From assembly GCA_038214755.1 (NCBI GenBank), contig JBBQRQ010000061.1, positions 1 to 30,756 of the forward strand: a stretch of 30,756 nucleotides of DNA, written 5' to 3'. The notes beneath the pieces are model-generated. The model was not told the DNA's origin. It saw nothing but the letters and a program-made list of their open reading frames with translations, and ran no database searches. Positions 30,449 to 30,756 of this stretch are shown here, one piece after another (the first letter of the stretch is position 1; each line of letters begins with the position of its first letter). Made by a program: the position numbers and the translations under genes. The stretch is from Verrucomicrobiota bacterium. GTDB taxonomy: Bacteria > Verrucomicrobiota > Verrucomicrobiia > Limisphaerales > CANJXF01.

Positions 30449-30756
30449 ACTTTGTCTGTGTCGCGCATAGGGGAGCCGCTCTTATCGGCGATAATTCGTA
30501 AAAGGTTTCCTCTTCGGGGAATGAATTAAGGGATTACTTATCACGGATGGTCGGCCTTCGAGAGCGACTCACTTCTCAGGTTATTTCGCGCAAGCCACCA
30601 GCACCACGATCATTACCGGGCCGCCTTGGTACATCGTGACCCCGTGTTTGAGAAAGAAGAGACTCCAAAGCGATGGGATGGAGCAAGAATATTTTGGGAG
30701 AGAGGTGAGGAGCTTTGAGCGCCAGTAAATCGGCTGGGCTTTTGTAGTCCCGGGAA

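Noticed and set aside
30449..30756. Possible 3' end of a minus-strand gene entering from the window edge
   Set aside because: All three minus frames are open for only ~50-60 codons and none is recognisable, so it cannot be assigned.

Overview
Bacterial window, most likely Verrucomicrobiota (Pedosphaera-like lineage). This is inferred from a PEP-CTERM protein, prepilin/H-X9-DG proteins, a planctomycete-type cytochrome c domain and secreted proteins ending in an 'F[YF]R' domain. The left half (mostly minus strand) has a PEP-CTERM protein, an ABC-2 exporter pair, an Ig/beta-helix surface protein, argJ, an alpha/beta hydrolase, a large GH13 amylase and a DNRLRE protein. The right half (plus strand) has a frameshifted prepilin remnant and then the highlight, a putative porin-cytochrome extracellular electron transfer locus. 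That locus encodes an MtrA/DmsE-like octaheme lipoprotein (7 CXXCH + 1 CX4CH), an MtrB-sized beta-barrel fused to a monoheme cytochrome c, a type-1 copper protein on a multi-Ig stalk and a second, ligand-degenerate cupredoxin. Next come rdgB, a stand-alone response regulator, a five-gene unusual-sugar cluster (epimerase, ThDP enzyme, SDR, AroB-like cyclase, NeuB-like synthase) and a prepilin/H-X9-DG gene. The window carries many REP-like palindromes of several families and 7-8 nt tandem arrays, some translated in-frame inside argJ, rdgB and the porin gene. Four unrelated secreted proteins share a ~70 aa C-terminal domain that looks like a sorting signal. No rRNA, tRNA, CRISPR array or transposase was seen. 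All calls come from motif reading; no database searches were run.
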